Positions 13,813-28,560 of a DNA stretch of 64,000 nt are shown here, one piece after another. Source of the DNA: Octopus sinensis (Eukaryota). Each line of letters begins with the position of its first letter. The stretch's first letter is position 1. The stretch is taken from NCBI RefSeq assembly GCF_006345805.1, contig NC_042997.1, forward strand, positions 20,088,001 through 20,152,000, given 5' to 3'. The notes under the pieces were generated by a model. That model saw only the letters and a program-made list of their open reading frames with translations, was not told the origin of the DNA and made no database searches. A program made the translations under genes and the position numbers.

Positions 13813-14130
13813 TCATCATCATCATTTAACGTTCGCTTTCCATGCTAGCATGGGTTTGATGATTTGACTGAGGTCTGGCAAACCAGACTCCACTCTGATC
13901 TGGCAGAGTTTCTACAGCTGGATGCCCTTCCTAATGCCAACCACTCCGAGAGTGTAGTGGGTGCTTGGTGACGGTCACGCTTGAATGGTGTGCTTAACGA
14001 CTTCGATTTCACTTGCCTCAACTGGTCGTTACAAGCAGAGTTTAGCGTCCAATGAAGAAAAGGCACACATAAGTGGACTGATTACACCCCTAGCATAGGC
14101 CACAAGGTTATGGTCATTTAAACTCTCTGG
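13813..14130 (-). mobile_element. Family C copy with longer 5' extension
   Basis: Family C tail plus extra upstream sequence (ttggacgctaaactctgcttg..gaggcaagtgaaatcgaa), consistent with a 5'-truncated LINE 3'UTR. Confidence 0.7.
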
Positions 14131-14226
14131 GCAACAGATATTACTTTCTTCACCATACAATGAGATTGTGGCCATGCATTTTGCTTGGAAAAAAAAGCTA
14201 GCGTTTAGTTTCCAAATATAATGTGA

Positions 14227-14394
14227 ACAGGAGTGGCTGTGTGGTAAGTAGCTTGCTAACCAACCACATGGTTCCGGGTTCAGACCCACTGCGCGGCATC
14301 TTGAGCAAGTGTCTTCTGCTATAGCCCTGGGACAACCAATGCCTTGTGAGTGGATTTGGTAGGCGGAAACTGAAAGAAGCCTGTCGTATATATG

Positions 14395-14429
<35 letters not shown>

Positions 14430-14640
14430 GTTTGTGTGTCTGTGTTTGTCCCCCTAGCATTGCTTGACAACCGATGCTGGTGTGTTTACGTCCGCGTCAC
14501 TTAGCGGTTCAGCAAAAGAGACCGATAGAATAAGTACTGGGCTTACAAAGAATAAGTCCCGGGGTCGATTTGCTCGACTAAAGGCGGTGCTCCAGCATGG
14601 CCACAGTCAAATGACTGAAACAAGTAAAAGAGTAAAAGAG
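14227..14640 (+). mobile_element. SINE family A
   Basis: Near-identical to 47087-47497. Confidence 0.9.
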
Positions 14641-17159
14641 AAAAGAGAGAGCTATCTTTTAGGTTTAGAAATTTGGAAAATGAGCACTTTGTACTAAATA
14701 TAGTATTAAGATAAAAGAACATTTTTTCCTTTTTCACATCCATTTGTAATTATCAAAAACGTTTTTCAAACATGAAATAAAATAATATCTGAATAAATGT
14801 AAAGAGTAATTAAATGATTAGCCATCAGTTTGTTAGTTACTTAATTTCAAAGTTGTATTATTGGAAAACATTACATTCTAAACAAAACAGTGAATCCATG
14901 GAAAGAAGAAATAAAACTGATATTTCTAAGTATGGCTATATGTTCAACAAAACTCGAATTAATTTCATGTAAACAGTGAATGTTTAAAGGAAGCAACTTG
15001 ACATCAAAAGCTTTCGTTGATGCATTCATCAGAATTTTATTTTTTCTCAGCATATGAACATGTTGTGCGAAATGTCAATACACATTGGTAAAAAAAACAT
15101 ACAAGAAACAGCTGGAAGTCAGAGCCCTTGAATGAGTCTCATTTAATCCAGTGACTAGGGAGAAGGATGTACAGGATTAAGCCTCGATAGTATATTTTTC
15201 CTTGGTGCTACTCAAGAGGCAGCAAGATGCTATCTTTAAGTAGAAGGCCTGCTTGAAAATCTTGCAACAGACTGGATTCCACTATTGGCACCTGAGAGTC
15301 AGTAATAGTTTTTAATCAGATATTGAAGTAGACCTACCTTCTTCAAGCCAAACCTGACTACATTGTATTACACAGATAAATGTTTACACTTGGAAATATT
15401 TTATTGCAAATCTATCCAAGTTAAAGCAAGCATGAAACTAAATTTTAAGTGTTCAAAACAATGGCAGATATATTAAAATATTTTCACAAGAAGGAAAATT
15501 TGAACTCGAATATTTCTTTGCATAAAGAAAAAATGCAAACCATAACACAAGTCTGTCTAAATGTGTTCCATTAAATTTACTTGCTTTGAGGTTGGGTAAT
15601 TTTCTTTCAAATAACATCAATTTTATTGAATATTAGACCTGAAAACTACTTAAAAATGTAAATAAAAACAAGAATATACTCTTTGATCCTTCAGTAAATT
15701 ACAAGAGTTCCACATATCCTGGTAAGTTGATATTACTAAAAGAAATTACATTGTAGAATATTGATTTTAATAAGCCAGTATGCTTTGAATGTTTTTAGTG
15801 TGCCAGTAAAGATTTGTTCAGTTGTCATTCAGCTGATTGCTAGCAATTTCAAGAAACAAAATAACTTTTTCTTCAAGATTTCTATGAAAACGTTTTTGTA
15901 CCCATTTAAATTATTTGAGAATTTGTATGAAAAATATTGAATTCAACTTTTGCTTCCTTCCAAACTATGAAAAGAAAATTGGCATATAATTACAGTAAAA
16001 GTTTCTTTCCACAACTGAATTCAAATTCTTTTGAAGTTTACAGGAAATAGATTGAGTAACATTTTTCAAACAAATAAAAAAAATACAACTATATCAATTT
16101 GTGTATCCTTAAGTTGCTAGATAGACATTCCTATATTAAAAACTTTCTAAATTCCAGAATATTTAAAATTCAACACTGTATTTCAAAATGTGCTTTTATT
16201 TTCTGATATTTTAGAATATTTGACTTAAGGCCAAATTCTGTCGTTGATGAAGTACAAGATACATTAATATAAGAACAGTTGAAATTCATAACATAGCTAA
16301 AATAATGAAATAAAACATATTAAAAGTTAGCAAAAGAAAAGCTCTTAAATGGGTCGAGTGCTGAGGTTGTGAATATCTGTTCACATGTTGCAGATGACGT
16401 TATTCTATATCTTGTAGCTTTTAGGTTTCATTATATTTTTAAAATATATTTCTTATATGAGTAAGATGAGGAGAGGTAATCGTCATAATCTCTGAGCTGC
16501 TTGATTTTTGTTACCTTTACCTCATAACAAGAGGTGTTGGTTTGTTTACGTTCTTGTAACTTGACACATTGGCAAAAAGAGCTGGTAGCATAAGTACTGA
16601 AATCAATTTATTTAGATAAACCCAGCCTGAACATTCACTGGCCACTGTAAGTAATGAAAGTATGGGGCAGTTGAGAACTCTTGGTATCTGGTTTGAATTC
16701 TTGCAACAGGTTTAAGTTTGTTGATGGTAGCCAAGATCCAGCCCTACCATCCATGTTCTTGTAAGAGTGCATTTAATACTCAAGTAAATGTTTGCATGAT
16801 ATAACAAAACATTGATATTTATGGTCATTTTATCATCTTTGATATACTGAAAGTATCAATATTTAATGAGACCTTGTCTTTCTTAGGACTGTGTCACTCT
16901 CATATGCATCACCATTAATTAAGATAAACTCCTGTAGAACTATAAAGAGAGAAGATTTTACTAAAGATGCAAGCCATTTTTAGAGCGTGTTGTTTGAAGG
17001 TAATGTAAAAGGAAACTATTCAGACTGGTTGTTCTGCTCAATTAAAGCTTTAGTCTCAGTATGTACTTCAATAATTGTTATTCATGCATTGTCTTCTTTC
17101 ATTGTTTCCCCCGTTGAAAGTTGGTGTTCTTTAGCAATATTTGTATTCATGATCATATC

Positions 17160-17894
17160 TCTTTTACTCTTTTACTTGTTTCAGCCATTTGACTGTGGCC
17201 ATGCTGGAGCACCACTTTTAGTCAACTGAATCGACCCCAGGACTTATTCTTTGTAAGTCTAGTACTTATTCTATCAGTCTCTTTTGTCGAATCGCTAAGT
17301 TACAGGGATGTCAAGCGATGTTGGGGGCGGGGACAAACACAGACACACAAACATATATACACACATAAATATATATATATATACATGTATACGACGGGCT
17401 TCTTTCAGTTTCCGTCTACCAGACCCACTCACAAGGCGTTGGTTGGCCCAAGGCTATAGTAGAAGACACTTGCCCAAGGTGCCACGCAGTGGAACTGAAC
17501 CCGGAACCATGTGGTTGGTAAGCAAGCTACTTACCACACAGCCACTCCTACTCCTATGATGATAATTCTTTACAAAGTATCATGGAAAATTTTACAGGTA
17601 AAAAAAGACCCTAGATACAATTTGTAGAATAAAATGTTTGGGCTCTATTCTTTTGCTCACTATTGTTGTTTACTTTACTCTTTTATTCTTTTACTCTTTT
17701 ACTTGTTTCAGTCATTTGACTGCGGCCATGTTGGAGCACCGCCTATAGTCAAGCAAATCGACCCCAGGACTTATTCTTTGTAAGCCTAGTACTTATTCTA
17801 TCGGTCTCTTTTGCCGAACCGCTAAGTGACAGGGATGTAAACACACCAGCATCGGTTGTCAAGCAATGCTAGGGGGACAAACATAGACGCACAA

Positions 17895-17938
<44 letters not shown>

Positions 17939-18672
17939 GACAGGCTTCTTTCAGTTTCCGTCTACCAAATCCACTCACAAGGCATTGGTCGGCCCGGGGC
18001 TATAGCAGAAGACACTTGCCCAAGATGCCCCACAGTGGGCCTGAACCTGGAACCATGTGGCTCGTTAGCAAGCTACTTACCACACAGCCACTCCTGCGCC
18101 TGCTTAAATTTCTTATACTTTGTCCTCATTCATTACAATTATTAAAATTAATTTTTATGATGATGATGATTTATTTATTAATTTAAATTTTTATGTAAGT
18201 AGATAGTTTGACACTACTACATGTAAATGGGGGGTTCCTTTAGCAGGCCTCACTATGTGAGAAGTATTGGGCCAAGCACCCTCTCTACACATGAATTTTT
18301 CCCACAGACATTGAATTGTTGGCATTCTAGTTGGGCATTGACCACCTCAATTTCATCAGTTTGTGTACCCTGCAAAAATAAATCTATAGCCAATAGGTAG
18401 TTCAGATTAACAAATATTTTTAGTTCTTTAACTAATGTAAAACTTTATAGGTCAAACCAATCAAGAACATTATCATATTTTATAAAACAGTTCTTCATTT
18501 GAAAGATGGTAATGTCCATATTTTTCTTTCTTTTCTTTTCTTTTTCTTGTTTCAGTCATTTGACTGCGGCCATGCTGGAGCACCACCTTTAATCAAGCAA
18601 CTCGACCCTGGGACTTATTCTTTTTTTTGTAAGCCCAGTACTTATTCTATCGGTCTCTTTTGCCGAACCGCA
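17160..18672 (-). mobile_element. Three co-oriented SINE family A copies (17160-17555, 17690-18103, partial 18540-18672)
   Basis: Each begins cttttacttgtttcagtcatttgactg on the + strand. Confidence 0.85.
18254..18369 (-). CDS. Candidate internal exon GTQTDEIEVVNAQLECQQFNVCGKNSCVERVLGPILLT
   Basis: Strong acceptor tttatttttgcag, donor gtgagg, 116 nt open in phase 0, GC-richer unique sequence; protein not recognised. Confidence 0.35.
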
Positions 18673-20599
18673 TACCATCTGAAATTGCTGTAATGTCAAA
18701 TGTCTTTTTATTTTCTCTGTTATTTGTGTTATGTAACTGCTGGGAACTTCAACTGAGTAAACCCAAACATACCAAAGAACATTCAAACTAGTGATCTACC
18801 ATTTCCACCTGACTGTTGCCCTAAAATTCTAAGACTGTTATGTGTTGCTGTTCAAGCAATTGCATATAGTTTTTCTTACTTATGTGCTTTCAATCTGCAT
18901 ATGACTGAACCTATAACCTTCATATAATGTCATTTGCTTATAAAAGTTTCATATCCTTCCTACTGAACCCTTTTCACTCATTATTTTCATTTCTTGCCTT
19001 TGTATTCTTTGACATAATTCAGTTATATTTTCCATTAGTTTCTCTTTGAATGTTGCATTTGTTTTACTAAGAGTAATGAAGAAAAAAGAAAAAACTTGGT
19101 GGCTGTTAACCAAGCATTATGGAATTGAATTAAAGAGTTGCAATCTAGTTTCACAGAGTTTTAATTTTGCTGTTTACTAACATAGTCTGTCTTGTATGTT
19201 ATTAGATGGTGCCATATGAGTATTACTGTATATCATGGTTGCTGAGACCTTTGGGAAGGCTATATGTTTTGATTATTGCTTTTATGAATGATTAAAAGTA
19301 ATGGCAGTTTATTGAGAAATTCTTTAAAATGTTTAGAACTTTATTATGAATTCTTGTCCCTAGTCCTTTAAGCAGGTAGGGCAGCTGTAGTACATTTTCT
19401 TTACACAAATATTTATTGCATATCTGAAAATAGAGTTGACTGATTCTACCAAATCATTTAATGAGCGGGAAGTATGTGATGTTGTGTATGTGAATAAGAA
19501 TGCTTACAGTTTTTAAATACTGCTTTACAGCTGATAAAATCAAAGTAAAATCTAATGCAAAGTGATTTTTTTTGTTAACACGCCATTGTGATTTACCACA
19601 GCAATGTAAGCTCTCTGCATGGCTGTTCTTTTGTTAACGTTTTTATACATTTGCACAATCAGTGAGTAATCATTTTGAATCCGTGATACGTGTGTATACA
19701 GATCAATTGTTTTCATTTGGTCCTGCATTTTGATGTTATAGCTGATTTTATTGCAGACTCTTTTGCTTGATATCTTAATTGCCTTAATGAATTAAACAAA
19801 GATCGTTACTTTGTGTCAGTAACAACAAGGAAAGGATTTGCCAATTGAATCTGCTACAACAACGAAAAACTTAATTAAAACAATAAAACCCATTTGTAAA
19901 TACACATCTCAAGGATTAGTCACTTACTTAAGAGAAATATAAAGTTTTAGTGAGAGAGCAGATATTGTCACAAAATCTATTGTTTACTGGTAATTACACT
20001 GTGACATTTACAAAGGAGCTGTACATTTACACTACACTTTTCTTATTCAATCAACACATTTTAGATATCTGCACAAAAGTATTCTATTAAAAATATTAAC
20101 CATAATACTCATTCATCCATCAATAAATATAAAATCTAGTTTCAATTATACATGTTTTTTTTTTTATTATTCTCTATTTATGAGCTTAAAGTTTCTTGAT
20201 TTATGCTGTTTTTGGTAATTCAAATTTTTAATAAGTTCCCACATTGTAAGTATTTATTTAGTTCTCTAGGACAAATATAATTTTGATTGCCAGCCCAGTT
20301 ATATTGTAATAAGTTTTTCAATCAAGACTGTGAGCTGACGTTGATTGCTACTAACAACTGCTTATTCATAAATCACTTTCATTAAGAAAAGAATTAACAA
20401 TTCAGTACCACATTTATTTTATGTTCAATAAAAAATATGCACAAAACTGATTAGGTCTAATTATAGTTTAGAGTATTGAATAAAACTTACTTTGACTGAG
20501 AACCAAGACATGCTAATGTTCTTCTTTAACTGTCACAAAGCCTCTTATCTAAAGTGCATGGCTCACTACCATGCAGTATTGCATTTCAGGCATACATAT

Positions 20600-20815
20600 T
20601 ATTCAATATCTCATGGGCTACTACGTGTGGGCTGTGGCTGGGGAAGACACTAACTACTCTGCCTACAACATCAAGGCCAAATTCGTGGCCAAGACCAAGG
20701 AGGTGATTGAAGATCTTCCCTGCAACACAGTGAAAAATGCATGCACTAAGTTCCGGAGCTGTCCCTAGGCTGTGGTGGAACCAGAAGGCAACTACTTTCA
20801 GAAAACTGTTATCTT
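20600..20815 (+). mobile_element. Tc1/mariner transposase C-terminal remnant (maT/DD37D-like)
   Basis: GYYVWAV..EDTN..YNIKAKFVAKTKEVIEDLP.NTVKNACTKFRSCP*AVVEPEGNYF fits the DY..W....ACxxFRxRLEAV...GxYF terminus. Confidence 0.65.
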
Positions 20816-20822
20816 CCAGCCT

Positions 20823-21212
20823 CAATCATCATCATCATCATCATCATAGTTTAACGTCTGCTTTCCATGCTAGCATGGGTTGGACGATTTTGACTAAGGG
20901 CTGGTGAACCAGATGGCTGCACCAGGCTTCAATCTTGATCTGGCAGAGTTTCTACAGCTGAATGCCCTTCCTAATGCCAACCACTCCGAGAGTGTAGTGG
21001 GTGCTTTTTACATGCCACCGGCACGGGGGCCAGTCAGGCGGTACTGGCAATGACCTCACTCGAATCTTTTTACACGTGCCAATAGCACAGGTGCCAGTGA
21101 AGTGACGTTGGTAAAGATCATGCTCGAATGGTGCCCTTTTACGTGTCATAGGTACAGAAGCCAGTTGGCTGCTCTGGCAACGATCATGCTCAGATGGTGC
21201 TCTTGGCACCGA
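20823..21212 (-). mobile_element. Family C copy
   Basis: (CAT)n tail at 20823 and family C body with several internal repeat units. Confidence 0.85.
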
Positions 21213-22309
21213 TTTTTTTAAATACATTTATTTAGGAATGGAATATTTTTTTTTCTTTTCCTTTTGTGTAAACTGTCAAATTTAGTCCAAATACCCAGTG
21301 CATCTAGTGAGTCTTCAGGTATTCGAAGGAATTTATTTCATAAGTACACTTTTATTTTAATCACTCCTGTAACACATACAAAGTTAACTCTTTCTGCCAA
21401 CCTGCTTGTGATTCTATTATAGCTCAAATGCATTCATAGCTTACATTACATACACTATTTTAAATTGCTACCAAATCCTTTTTTGTATATTTGGCATTAT
21501 TATTTCTCTGAGGATAGCATGGCCTTGCCTTTTCTCTTATTAAAACTTTAGATGGAAAAAATTCACAAGTGATTTAATAATCCTAACAGGAACATTTATT
21601 TAAAGAAAATATTTTGTGTGAATATGTACAAAATACTTAACTTAAAGATTCATCACATCTAAATCATTATGGACAATGCAGGAGAAAACCTGTAGAGGGA
21701 ATATATTTGGCTTTATCTAAATTGTCTTTAACTTGATTACTTAGCAATAATGAGCTACAATGTATTCTTAGAGAGAAATATTGATCTTTAAATTTTCAAG
21801 TTAACAACTGCTGAATCAATCATAATGCTAAAAGCAGAAAGTTAAAAGTGCTTATCAAGAAATATGATACAGTCTTTGATGCTTCATAGCTTAATTTGAA
21901 AGAATTCAGTTTCATTGTGATTGCTTATAGATTCAATGAGAAAATGTTTGCATACAGCACACATATATACATATATGTATGTGTGTACATGTATGTATGT
22001 ATTTATGTGTGCGTGTATGTGTGTGTATGTATATTCACACATACATAATACATGTAACCTACCTGTACTTGTAAAGAAGACTATTTTTAAAAGTAAATTT
22101 TTCTCTCACAATAAAAATCTCAGTGTGCAAAAGAACGTTGTGAAACATGAACAGAAGAGAAACTGTCTGGGTACAGAAATAGTTTCAAAATATATCCACA
22201 AGTAAACTGGATCTTGTAATTTTACAAATAACTGTTAAATGACATATGAGGGTTTGACAATTTCTTACTGAAAAACCACATAGATGATTTGTTTATAGTG
22301 ATCAAATGT

Positions 22310-22521
22310 TTGTGTGGGCATAAGCTTACTCCCTCCATCAGACCAATATTACCTGTACAGGTGCAATGGGTGCCACATGTCACATGTCAAAATGATTGCA
22401 GAGCAACATGAAAGGAAGTACTTTGCTCAAGAACACAGCGCAATGCCTGGTCTGGGAATCGAACCCATGATCTTGTAATCATGGGTGGAACACCTTAACC
22501 ACTAAGCCATGCACCTTCACA
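22310..22521 (-). mobile_element. tRNA-derived SINE family H (5' part)
   Basis: Reverse complement gtgaaggtgcatggcttagtggttaagg..gggttcgattcc, matching the head at 53768. Confidence 0.7.
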
Positions 22522-22522
22522 T

Positions 22523-22575
<53 letters not shown>

Positions 22576-22650
22576 TAAAATAATGCTTGGACTTGATATA
22601 TAAAACATACACATATACATATATACATGTAAATATATATATATGTATAA

Positions 22651-22682
<32 letters not shown>

Positions 22683-22697
22683 TATATATATATACAC

Positions 22698-22735
<38 letters not shown>

Positions 22736-23543
22736 AGAAAGACAAACAAAACCTAAAAATATTCAGATGAACATTCATGTATAAGCATATATATATTTAT
22801 ACATTTACCAAATAAATTTACATGGAGTACAAAAAAAAAAAAACAGAAAACAAAGAGAAGAGGGCATGGTATTTCAAGTCTGACAGCTATTTCAGTGGGG
22901 GCTTAGAATTATATAATAGTTTTGATCGAAAATTTGAGATCAAAAACAAGATAAATTTAAGGGTAGAGTGAGTGAAGAAGACAAACAGGAGTCGGTGGGA
23001 GTAAGCAGTTCAGCAGAGTGGAATGCTAAAGCAGGGGAGCAAGAAGAGATCAGAGAAGCAAAGCAGGAAGGGGAGGAATGTGTGATCTGCATATTGAGGG
23101 AGGTAGAAGTGGTAAGTCAAGAGACTACTGGAAAGGGGTAGGATGGGTTGTATTGTGAAGGGTTGCATAGCTGTTTGGTTTGACAAGCGATGTTATTAAT
23201 TAGAGATGACAGAGGCAATAAAACTGAGAAAGGGAAGTCAGTACGTTGGGAGAACGGAGGGGTAGACATTAAAATGGAGGAAGGGATCTAGTTATAGATG
23301 CTGGCAGGAAAGCAAAGGAGGAATTCAAAAAATAATGGTTGAGATGGTAGCAGATGGAGAATACTGAAGTAAGTAGAAACGTATGAGAGTAAATAGAAAG
23401 AGAGAAAGAGAAAGGGAGGGATAAGTTGATTGCAATGTCAAAGGGTAGGTAGTGCTTAGGCATTCTGGTTGAGGAACAAGCTAGGAGGAGGTGGGGAGGA
23501 ATTTCAAATATGAGGTTGGGGGTGTCAGTAAAGGAAAATAGAC

Positions 23544-23584
<41 letters not shown>

Positions 23585-23591
23585 GATAGAT

Positions 23592-23626
<35 letters not shown>

Positions 23627-24539
23627 GAGGTATAAGTAGAAGTGATATGTTGCTAGTATGGCTAAGATGTAATTTATTGTGCATCATAATTAGGTAATAA
23701 CATACACTTTACATAATGGGCAAAAGATGAGTAAAATTTTTGTTTACATGAAAGGAATACATCTGAGAATATATTAATAAATGTGTTGTAGTATGTATGC
23801 ATGTATTGTTTTGGTTGAGTCAGCCTCTTGCTATATATACATACTCGGGTATATGTGTGTGTGTGTGAGCATAAAAGAAATTGAAAATTCACTGGGAGTC
23901 TTTTAGATGGTTTATTTTAAAACAATGGTTCTGCTGATTTTCCTGATTTTCAAAAGTTGAGACAGAAAGATGTGGAGTATACTACAACTATCTCGCTTCT
24001 GACTGGAGTTCAAAAATTCTCTTGTTTTTTTTATAGAGAGATCATGGCTCAAACTTCTGTTTAGGGTACAATTAGATTAACTGAGAAATTTCATGTAATT
24101 ATACTTAGAAATGTTTGTAAGTTCACTGCTACGTTCGTGCATTAATGTCATGTGACACTATTTTTGCTTCAGCAATTCAAGCTGATACAGTTGAATGAAT
24201 GTGTCTAGTGACAGTCCCAAACAATCAAGTCTCCCTAAATTGTATCGTTCAAGTGACAGATTGGACAGGAATTATTTGTGTGTAATCCAGAGGCTGAATG
24301 GTTAGGATTTGTATGTAAGTACATAGGCATAAAATTTTATTCTCCACTAAATTTGTGTGTTAATGTCATACGACAAAAGGCCATGACAGAACCCATAGTT
24401 TAGGTTGTTAGCTGTGTAAATTGTTAGGTTGTTAGCAAGTGACAGAAGGAGTTTGTGTGTGAGTAGTTGTCACTGAATGTACTTTGGTAAAATTTATTCA
24501 GTCTTGTTTATATTTTCATATGAATATATCTTCTTTGTA

Positions 24540-24760
24540 TATTCGGGCTTGAACCGTGGTATTGACCGGTGAAGTGGGAAGATTTGAAATTTGGAGAACC
24601 CATTTTTTGCATGTATGCCTATATGCCTACTCAGTGGGATCCATCTAGTACTGGTATCTCATATTTGTTGACAATGAATAGTGTTTTTAATTAAAATGCC
24701 AGTAACTTCAATGCAAAACTTCTCACTACAGTTTACTGCATTTAGCATCTCTTACTGACA
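24540..24760 (-). mobile_element. Decayed PLE GIY-YIG endonuclease fragment
   Basis: With frameshifts it reads LKCSNCSEK..EVTG..KNTIHCQQI*DTSTRWIPLSRHIGIHAKNGFSKFQIFPLH..RFKPE, fitting the CxxC-YIGET-H..QI..P.S.HI..F.IFP pattern. Confidence 0.55.
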
Positions 24761-27700
24761 CCCACTCCAACTTTCTTTATTGCTTTAGTTTCCCTCTACC
24801 ATTGGGTTCTGTTATATGTTAGATTGTAACTAGAATATGTATCTAGAATGAGTGATTTACTTTAGACTTTTCAGAAATCTTCATTGGCTTATTATAAAGT
24901 AGATTATTCCAATACTTTTCCTATTTTCAATGTACCAAAGAAACATATTGTTTTTTTGGTAGATTCCAAGAGTTTGCATGCATTGGATATTCAGCTTGGA
25001 TATCTGTAGACCAATGTTTATAGAAAAAGCATTGATGAGGAGAGAATATTAAGTAAGAAGGAATAAACAAAATGAGCAGTGTCATCTGAGAGTTAGGACA
25101 TAATGTGAGTGAATATTAGTTGGGCTTGGATGTAAGATGCATGTGGCTAGCTATTTCAGATGAGCAGAGGACAATGTGAAAGCAAGAAGGTGTAACTGGA
25201 GTGTTTATGAACTAGTGATCATATCAAGCTGGTCACTGAATCATTATCATTCATCATTCAGTGTCATATTTATCTAATTCTTTGATCGCACATTGTGACA
25301 TAGTAAACTTTGGTTTATGTTTTCTAGCATTTGGAATCTATGTGCAATAAATAAACTTCTTTAGCATTATTTCTTGGAGTAAGATTTTTAGCGAGATATA
25401 TTGGATTGAAATACAATTTTCTGATAAACAATAAAGTAAGAATCAAATAAGAATTTCATTTAATTTATTTTTAAAAAAAAAATTTTTTTTTTTTTGCATT
25501 GGATTGTAAGAAACCAAAGCTGAATTTAAAAAAATTCTTTTAAGAAAAAAGATGCAAAAATGAAATTAAATACTTAAAAAGATATGGCTGTTGTACTGAA
25601 AGAAATCCATAAAACCAATGATACTATAATAAGTAATTGTGTTCTTTTGGGAATTGACTTCAAGCTGTTGATTATTTCGGAGCTTTTCAACAGAAGATAA
25701 GTTACTGATATTATGTTCATAAGATAGATTCAGAATCATTTTCTCCAATAATCATTGTCTTTTGAAATTTCTTTTCTATTCAATTTTTTTTATCCTTTTG
25801 AATGATTTTATACATTTGCTATCTCATTTTATCTTGGTCATTAAAAAAATCCTTTTGTTAGGTATATCTGGCTTCAAAGATATAGATTGCAAATAACATA
25901 GTTGAAAATTTGAAAATATAAAAATTTCAACAAAATTTAAAATGTTGTTTGCCATAAGAGTTGCTCTGAAGTATTTGACTTGTTTTTATATCAGATGCCA
26001 TAAGGTTTAACTGATGATAAGCTCTCTTTAATATTTGTATGTTTAAAATCAAAGAGCTATTTTCAATGCATTTTCAACATCTGACTTTTTTTTAAGTGAC
26101 AAAAAAGTTTTTATAAAACATCGAGAGCATAAAACAGTTTCTATTCTTCACAAGATGCATTTCTAAACACTGTAATGTTTCTTTCATAAATTATAAACAA
26201 AAGAATATTGGAACACTTCATCGCATCTACTTTCTCAAACTCCTACACCATTATAAGTTACTGCTGTGTTTTGTGCGTGTGTGTGTTCTTCCTTGATTTC
26301 AACATTTGATGAAGAAGTTGCAGACAAATAATGGTAGTAACTAACTTTCAATGGTTAAATAAACAACTATTTTAATTAGCAGATATATAGAAAACAGATT
26401 TCTTGAATTTAATATGTTAAAGAATATGAATTGTACATTAAATCTGTTTACAATATTAGAGAATAATATCTATGAAAATTGTTATCATTTTCCAATTTTT
26501 TTTCTAATAATTGAACTCTCAAAGATTCTATAGAATCTTAAAACATTTCATGCTTGATGTTACAACATGAAGCATGAAATGTTCTACAGATATATTTATC
26601 ATTAGCTTTTAAAAGATAAAAATGAGTTTCTAAAAAAAAAATCTCTTTTTATACTCAAATAGAATGATTTTCGTTTCCAATAACAAAATTTCTTTATCAG
26701 TGTGGTTCAATATTTATGAGATTAATATGCGTGAATACGAACCATGTTGTCATATGTTTAGATTTTACAATAACCATTGAGCTGTATCCCTTCAAAGCAT
26801 TCATTACTCTACTTGCTTAGCCAATCAAGCTGATAGAAAAATAAAAAAAATCTTCCTTCCTCACCACCACCACCACCACTTCATGGTTTAATAATTTGTA
26901 TTAGGATGTATATTTGTTTACCCAACAATTCAAATATAAATCATCTAATTGCAGAACCATCCATCTTATCATATAACTTAGTAAATAGGTGTAAAATTAT
27001 TTTAGGACAGTCTTATACATTTTTCAAATCTGACTTGTCTGTTGCACAATTCTATTTTATATATTACTTTCAAAAGAACAAGTAATTGAATGTTATACTA
27101 TCTATATGATCACACCCTTTTTTTATTTCATATATCATTTTACCAACAGGAAATAAAAGTGAATGAAATAACTATAATGCCTTATAAGCTGAAACCATAA
27201 TCTTTAAATATCAGAATAAAAATGGAATACACTAATTGGCTTCTTTAAACGATGTATGAATGTAAGTAGAAATCAAGAGCATATATGTCATTCATCATAT
27301 TAACTTAACTTAGCAATATTTGAAAAGAAAAGTTTAGAGAGAATGGTAGAAATTCTTCCCAGAACAGACAGAAACATTTTGAAATCAACAAAAATATCCA
27401 AAGCTTTCTCAACTCTGTAATACAAAATTAAAATAGGAGAACTTACTAGATTCACTCTAAAAATCAGGTTTCAGTACAGTGTTAAGATAGTAAATACATA
27501 ATTGACTCTTTTGAGAATATAGGAATTTAAAAAAGAAAACAAATTATCTGGACATCTATATAAAATTAAAAGAAATAATAAGTTGTCTTCTTATATTAAA
27601 AATAGGAGTGAAATATGTATATGTCATACATAGGAGTGAAATATATATTATTTTCAAAATTGCTATTACATATTGGGTAAAACAATTAAAGAAAGCAACT

Positions 27701-28089
27701 AATTAGGAATTTAAAAATAAAATATATTAGTATAAGGAGAATATACTCACTTTAAATATTTGTTTTTTGTGAGTAGATCCAAAACCAATTTTTGTTGAAG
27801 GATTGTAGTTGATTAAAAGAACTTCCATAATTGCATAGGAACATTACTTTTGGTCCAAGTAAAAATGTAAAATCAGAATTTAATACAATTAGTCTTTCAT
27901 TTAATTTTTCTTCTAATCCACCTTTTACTTTAATGTAATATAGTACCAAATAGCATTCTTGAATGATCACAAACATTTAATACATGAGAAATTTTAAATG
28001 TGTATGACAGTATGGAAAAGGTACCTGTCACACAGATGACACCTTGTGATTCTTAAAAATTAACCTATTTAGGGCTTCATATCAGGTAT

Positions 28090-28560
28090 GTAGCTGGTCC
28101 ATATCAGGTGTGTAGTTGAATAGGGTGGTATTGTCTGCATACTCCAGGTCAGTAAGGTAGTAGTTTCTGAACATAGCACCAGGAACTCACTCACAGACCT
28201 TGGTCATCGGATAATCGATGACAAGATCAAGGGCAGGTATCTGTGGTTACTGCAGATGAGTTTTTTGCCCTTTTGCTTCCAGAAAGGGGAGGACGATGCC
28301 CCAGGTCCAGTCATTTGGGAGCTGCTTTGACACCCACACATGGTTGATGATGCAAGTGAGCCACTGGATCATATTATCTTTGCCCACCTTCAACATTTCT
28401 GTGGTGATAATACAGATATCAAGGGCTTTCTGGTTGCTGCTCTTCTTCAGGGTGACACCAACTTTCTCGGGGATGACAGGATTGATTATGTGAGTGTCAT
28501 TGGTTGTGGCTGTGTTTGCAGTGAAGGTTAGGCTGGGATCATTATCAATATCTAACATCC
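28090..28560 (-). mobile_element. RTE-clade LINE RT fragment with internal deletion
   Basis: KVGVTLKKSSNQKALDICIITTEMLKVG..WLTCIINHVW.SKQLPNDW..GIVLPF..KG..ICSNHR, followed almost directly by LTDLEYADNT (YADD box). Confidence 0.8.

Noticed and set aside
15005-15040. Minus-strand CTGATGA..GAAAGCTT hammerhead-like string
   Set aside because: Helices I and II cannot form.
16616-16760. Plus-strand exon pair KPSLNIHWPL/FKFVDGSQDPALPSMF with a 63-nt intron
   Set aside because: Phases match, but the first acceptor follows a SINE fragment, the intron is very short, the strand conflicts with the better candidates, and no protein was recognised.
21280-21325. Minus-strand CTGAAGA plus a weak stem
   Set aside because: No GAAA and no cleavage triplet.
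22900-23540. Purine-rich block possibly from a PLE tail
   Set aside because: Too decayed to support any motif with confidence.
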